DNA of 64,000 bases from Candidatus Iainarchaeum sp. (GTDB lineage Archaea > Iainarchaeota > Iainarchaeia > Iainarchaeales > UBA10219): the NCBI GenBank assembly GCA_018304425.1, contig JAGVWE010000004.1, positions 123,181 to 187,180 of the forward strand, read 5' to 3'. Every line of letters begins with the position of its first letter. The first letter of the stretch is position 1. Below the pieces are notes generated by a model. It did not search any database. It was not told the origin of the DNA and saw only the letters and a program-made list of their open reading frames with translations. Below, piece after piece: positions 60,476-64,000 of the stretch. Both the position numbers and the translations under genes were made by a program.

Positions 60476-61036
60476 CTACTTCCACTTCACGTTGCAGCCC
60501 GTGCTCGGCACGTCCGTCCGGAACTTCACCGGCTTGCCTGCGAGCAGGGCCTGCACGGCTTCCTCGAGTTCGTTGGTCTGGGCTTCCTCGTGGGGCTTCC
60601 CGTGCGCGTCGTCGATGCGGCCATGGTAAACAAGCTTGAACTCCGCGTCGAACAAGTAGGGGTCGGGGGTGCAGGCCGCGTCATAGGCGTGCGCGGTGGC
60701 CTGGCGTTCATCCACCACGTAGGGGAACCGCCACCCAAACTTTTTAGCGTACTCCGCCATCTTCGGGAAGCCGTCCTCCGGGTACTTGACCGCATCGTTG
60801 GCGTTGACGCCAATCATGCCCAGGCCCTTGCCCGAATAGTCGTTGAACAACTGCGCCAGCTTCGGGGCCTTCGGCTGGACGTAGGGGCAGTGGTTGCACA
60901 TGAACACGACCAGCAACCCCTTCTTTCCCTTGAAGTCGGCCAAGGAATAGGTCTTTCCGTCGATGCCTTTCAGCTGGAAGTCCGGGGCTTCGCTGCCCTG
61001 CTTCATTTTCAAGTAAGATGACGCCGTCAACACCAT
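60476..61036 (-). CDS. AhpC/TSA (peroxiredoxin-like) thioredoxin-fold protein
   Basis: APDFQL, FMCNHCPY, AACTPD, GCNVKWK. Confidence 0.9.
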   Translation of the reverse strand: MVLTASSYLKMKQGSEAPDFQLKGIDGKTYSLADFKGKKGLLVVFMCNHCPYVQPKAPKLAQLFNDYSGKGLGMIGVNANDAVKYPEDGFPKMAEYAKKFGWRFPYVVDERQATAHAYDAACTPDPYLFDAEFKLVYHGRIDDAHGKPHEEAQTNELEEAVQALLAGKPVKFRTDVPSTGCNVKWK

Positions 61037-61057
61037 GGTGCTCCCTCCATTACTTGT

Positions 61058-61873
61058 TTACTGCAATCCGCTTTTATTTTTTTGGTGGGGGCCCAGGAAA
61101 AATAGGGCCGCCGCGCCCACGGCAAGTTGGCCGAACAGGGTTTCCACCGTTGGGAACACGCCGAAGTCCCTGGCTTTCGGCAAACCCTTGAACTCGGTTT
61201 CGCCAATCCAGCCGGCTTCCTGGAGTTCGTGCACGCCTTGGCCCATGAAGACGATGGACAAGCCAATCAACAGGGTGCTGGTCACGAGGAAAATGGTTTT
61301 CAAGTCCAGGCGGGCCTCGATTTGGAGGACGAGCCAAAACAACCCCGCCAACACCAGCAACCCGGCCGCCAACCCAGTCCACAAGTCCGCGGGAGGCACG
61401 GAAACCGACAATGCCTGGTAGAACAACACGGTTTCGAACCCCTCCCGGTAGACGGCCATGAAAGCCGTCAAGGCTAGTGCCAGGCCGCTGCCCTTTTCCA
61501 GGGCGTGGTTGACTTTTCCCCGGATGTAGGCATGCCAGTGGCTGACCTCCACCTTGGACAAAAACCAGTGGCTCACGTAAAACAAGACCAGGGAAGCCAC
61601 GACCAGGGTCAGGCCCTCCAGGACCTCCTGCAAGCCTTCATTGGCTTCGAAGGCGGCGTGGAACAGGAACGCCGTGGCCAGGCTCGCCAGCACGGCCAGG
61701 CCCGCGCCCACCCACACCTTGCGTTCCAGGTTTTTCTGCCCGGCCTTTTCGAGGTAGGCGATGATGGCCGCGAGGATGAGGATGGCTTCCAGTCCCTCCC
61801 GGGTGATGACCACCAACGACTGCAACACGCCTTCAATCAAAGAGGTTCCCACGCACTCAACCAGCCAAACCAT
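61058..61873 (-). CDS. FTR1-family iron permease
   Basis: Two RExxE motifs (REGLE, REGFE). Confidence 0.9.
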   Translation of the reverse strand: MVWLVECVGTSLIEGVLQSLVVITREGLEAILILAAIIAYLEKAGQKNLERKVWVGAGLAVLASLATAFLFHAAFEANEGLQEVLEGLTLVVASLVLFYVSHWFLSKVEVSHWHAYIRGKVNHALEKGSGLALALTAFMAVYREGFETVLFYQALSVSVPPADLWTGLAAGLLVLAGLFWLVLQIEARLDLKTIFLVTSTLLIGLSIVFMGQGVHELQEAGWIGETEFKGLPKARDFGVFPTVETLFGQLAVGAAALFFLGPHQKNKSGLQ

Positions 61874-61902
61874 TAAAAAACCGCCGAACCTATTCTCCCT
61901 GC

Positions 61903-63270
61903 ATGACCGGCGAGCGCGTGCACAAGGGCCTGGACCTCACGCAGGGGCGGGTCTTGCACAACCTCCTGGCCATGGGCATCCCCGTCTCCATTGGCTTCAT
62001 GTTCGAGACCTCGTACAACGTGGTCGACACCATGTTCGTCGGCGGCCTGGGCGTCAACGCGCTTGCCGCGTTGTCCATGAGCTTCCCCTTGTACTTCATC
62101 ATCCTCTCCATCGGCATCGGCTTGAGCGTGGGCTCGAACGCCTTGGTCGCGCAAGCCATCGGCGCCAAGGACTACAAGAAGGCCGACAACCTCGCCGAGC
62201 ACTCGTTCCTCGTCGCAGCCGTCGTTGGCTTGCTGGTCACGTTCCTGGGCTTCTACGCCGTGAAACCCTTTTACCTGGCCTTTGGCGCCTCCCCCGAAGT
62301 CCTAGCCCTGGGCGAGCAGTACATGTTCTGGATTCTCTTGAACACCATTCCCTTCTACTTCACGTTCGTGGCCATGGCCTTGCTGCGCGCGGAAGGCGAG
62401 GCCATGATTCCCTTGTATGCCCTGGCAGGCGGTGCCATCCTCAACGTCTTCCTGGACTGGATTTTCATCTATGGCTTGTTCGGCTTGCCGGTCATGGGGG
62501 TCGCGGGCGCAGGGTTTGCCACCTTCCTCGCGGACGTCGCGGCCGTGGGGTTCTTTGCCTTCATGCTCTTGGGCGGCCGCAGGCGCCTCCTCCGCTTCAA
62601 GCCCCGCGACTTTTCGCCTCGCTTCGGGTATGCCTGGCAGTTGCTGGTTAAAGGCGTTCCAGCCTCGGTCGGCCAGGTCATCACCGCGGGCGGCTTCACG
62701 CTCTTGATGGCCCTGGTGGGCGGCTTTGGTGCGGAAGCCGTGGCCGCCTACGGAGTCGGTATCCGCATCGACCAGCTCGTGGTCTTGCCCTCCATTGGCA
62801 TCGCCACCGCCGTCACCTCCATTGTCGGCCAGAACATTGGTGCCCGGAAGCTCAAGCGCGTGGAGTGGACCGTGAACTCGGCGTTGAAGCTCTTGTTCGC
62901 CGTGGAACTCGCGGGCGGCGCGCTGGTCTTTGCCTTGGCCGGCCCCCTCATGGGCTTGTTCACCTCCGATTTGAGCGTCGTCAACCTCGGCGTTGCCTAT
63001 GTTTCCACGGTGGCCTTGACGTATTGCTTTCGCGCTGGCATGATTGTCATCGCCTCGGCCTTCCAGGGCGCAGGCGAGATGCTGAAAGCCCTGGTCATGA
63101 TGGCCTCGTTTTACGGCCTCGCCTTTGCCTTGGCGTACGCCTTCACTAGGTCCAGCCACGACCTCTCCCTGGTATGGATGTCCATCGCCGCTTCAACCCT
63201 TCTCTCGTTTGCCTTGAGCTACGCGATGTACGCGCGAAAGATGTGGGTGCCGAAAGCCCTGCGCGCTTAA
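61903..63270 (+). CDS. MATE-family efflux transporter
   Basis: YNVVDTMFVG, NVFLDWIFIYG, GQNIGA; about 12 TMs. Confidence 0.92.
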   Translation: MTGERVHKGLDLTQGRVLHNLLAMGIPVSIGFMFETSYNVVDTMFVGGLGVNALAALSMSFPLYFIILSIGIGLSVGSNALVAQAIGAKDYKKADNLAEHSFLVAAVVGLLVTFLGFYAVKPFYLAFGASPEVLALGEQYMFWILLNTIPFYFTFVAMALLRAEGEAMIPLYALAGGAILNVFLDWIFIYGLFGLPVMGVAGAGFATFLADVAAVGFFAFMLLGGRRRLLRFKPRDFSPRFGYAWQLLVKGVPASVGQVITAGGFTLLMALVGGFGAEAVAAYGVGIRIDQLVVLPSIGIATAVTSIVGQNIGARKLKRVEWTVNSALKLLFAVELAGGALVFALAGPLMGLFTSDLSVVNLGVAYVSTVALTYCFRAGMIVIASAFQGAGEMLKALVMMASFYGLAFALAYAFTRSSHDLSLVWMSIAASTLLSFALSYAMYARKMWVPKALRA

Positions 63271-63295
63271 ATACTTCCTGCGCTGCTTAATCTGT

Positions 63296-63997
63296 ATGTC
63301 GCGCTGGCCAGCCCATGCTTCCATGCCCGCCGGCTGGCTGCGTCCCGCGCGGGCGTTGGCCCAGGCCCAGCAGCGGCCCGTGGCCGAGTTCAGGGGAAAA
63401 GCCGAGCGGGGCCGGGAAGTGTTCGTCAACGGCCAGCGCAGGCGAATTGCCGGCCTCGATTTGCTTCGATACGAGCTCGGCTGCCACCGAGTGGAAAAGG
63501 CACTCCGGAGGCGCGTGCCCGAAGCCACCAGGCGCTCCCAGCCGGCCTATGACGCGTTCTTGGACGCCAAAGTGGATGGGATTCCCTTCCGGGATGTTTT
63601 CCTCCACATCGACTGGAACCAGGCGCTGTTGCTGCGGCGCGCGTTCGCGCTGGGTAGCGCGGAATTGTATGGCAACCCCCTTGGACCGAAATGCCGGATC
63701 ACGGTTCGTCGCGCCAAGCGCAAGATTGACGCCACCCTAGACTTTCCGGATTTCCTTTCCGGCCAGAGCTGGGAGCGGGTTGGTGCCTCCTTGCGTGACC
63801 CTGAACGGCTTGCGCGCGTCCGCGCCGTGTTCGAGCAACTCAAGGGGAAGACTTATTCCTTTTCGGTGCGCCTCGGAGCGGAGCGGTTCGCGGCCCTGGC
63901 CGAAGCCATTCGCCTCGCTGACCGGTTGGACCGGGTGGTCTTGCGTTCCTTCCGCGAAGCCGATTTCCAAGCCGTGATGGCGGCTGGACGCGCTTGA
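63296..63997 (+). CDS. Hypothetical Arg-rich protein
   Basis: 233-aa ORF, no motif; start uncertain. Confidence 0.5.
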   Translation: MSRWPAHASMPAGWLRPARALAQAQQRPVAEFRGKAERGREVFVNGQRRRIAGLDLLRYELGCHRVEKALRRRVPEATRRSQPAYDAFLDAKVDGIPFRDVFLHIDWNQALLLRRAFALGSAELYGNPLGPKCRITVRRAKRKIDATLDFPDFLSGQSWERVGASLRDPERLARVRAVFEQLKGKTYSFSVRLGAERFAALAEAIRLADRLDRVVLRSFREADFQAVMAAGRA

Positions 63998-64000
63998 TTC

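Overview
This is an archaeal chromosomal segment. The split RNA polymerase subunits, eL30, archaeal NusA, a BHB-intron tRNA and TATA-like promoters support that. A DPANN affiliation (Diapherotrites/Iainarchaeota- or Micrarchaeota-like) is my inference only. Gene order: rpoH-rpoB''-rpoB'-rpoA'-rpoA''-eL30-nusA-uS12-uS7 operon; riboflavin genes; ALDH; a Cys-rich secreted protein; a LigD phosphoesterase; toxin-antitoxin pairs; an ArsR-led sufCB(intein)DSU operon with IscA and a Rieske ferredoxin nearby; an SGNH/SxtJ-like/carbamoyltransferase/SxtK-like cassette running into a geranylgeranyl reductase; fumarase/aspartase plus an Sdh1-type succinate dehydrogenase; lipA-pdhABC-lpdA; intron-containing tRNA-Asp; RNA and DNA methyltransferases; an isochorismatase/TrxB-like/RlmN-like radical SAM cassette; split MetE plus MTHFR; twin CxxC-x17-CxxC mini-genes; FTR1 and MATE transporters. 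Four signals are most unexplained. (1) A ~90-bp hairpin repeat with compensatory base changes is read in the same peptide frame inside the PDH E2 linker and as a mini-ORF between rpoB'' and rpoB'. (2) The twin Zn-ribbon mini-genes have 5' leaders more conserved than their coding sequence, and their 3' UTRs are complementary to those leaders. (3) An RlmN-like radical SAM enzyme lacks the resolving Cys and sits in a three-gene cassette. (4) Inserted DNA is flanked by diverged duplicates of the upstream gene's 3' end. All family calls come from motif recognition by eye; no searches were run.
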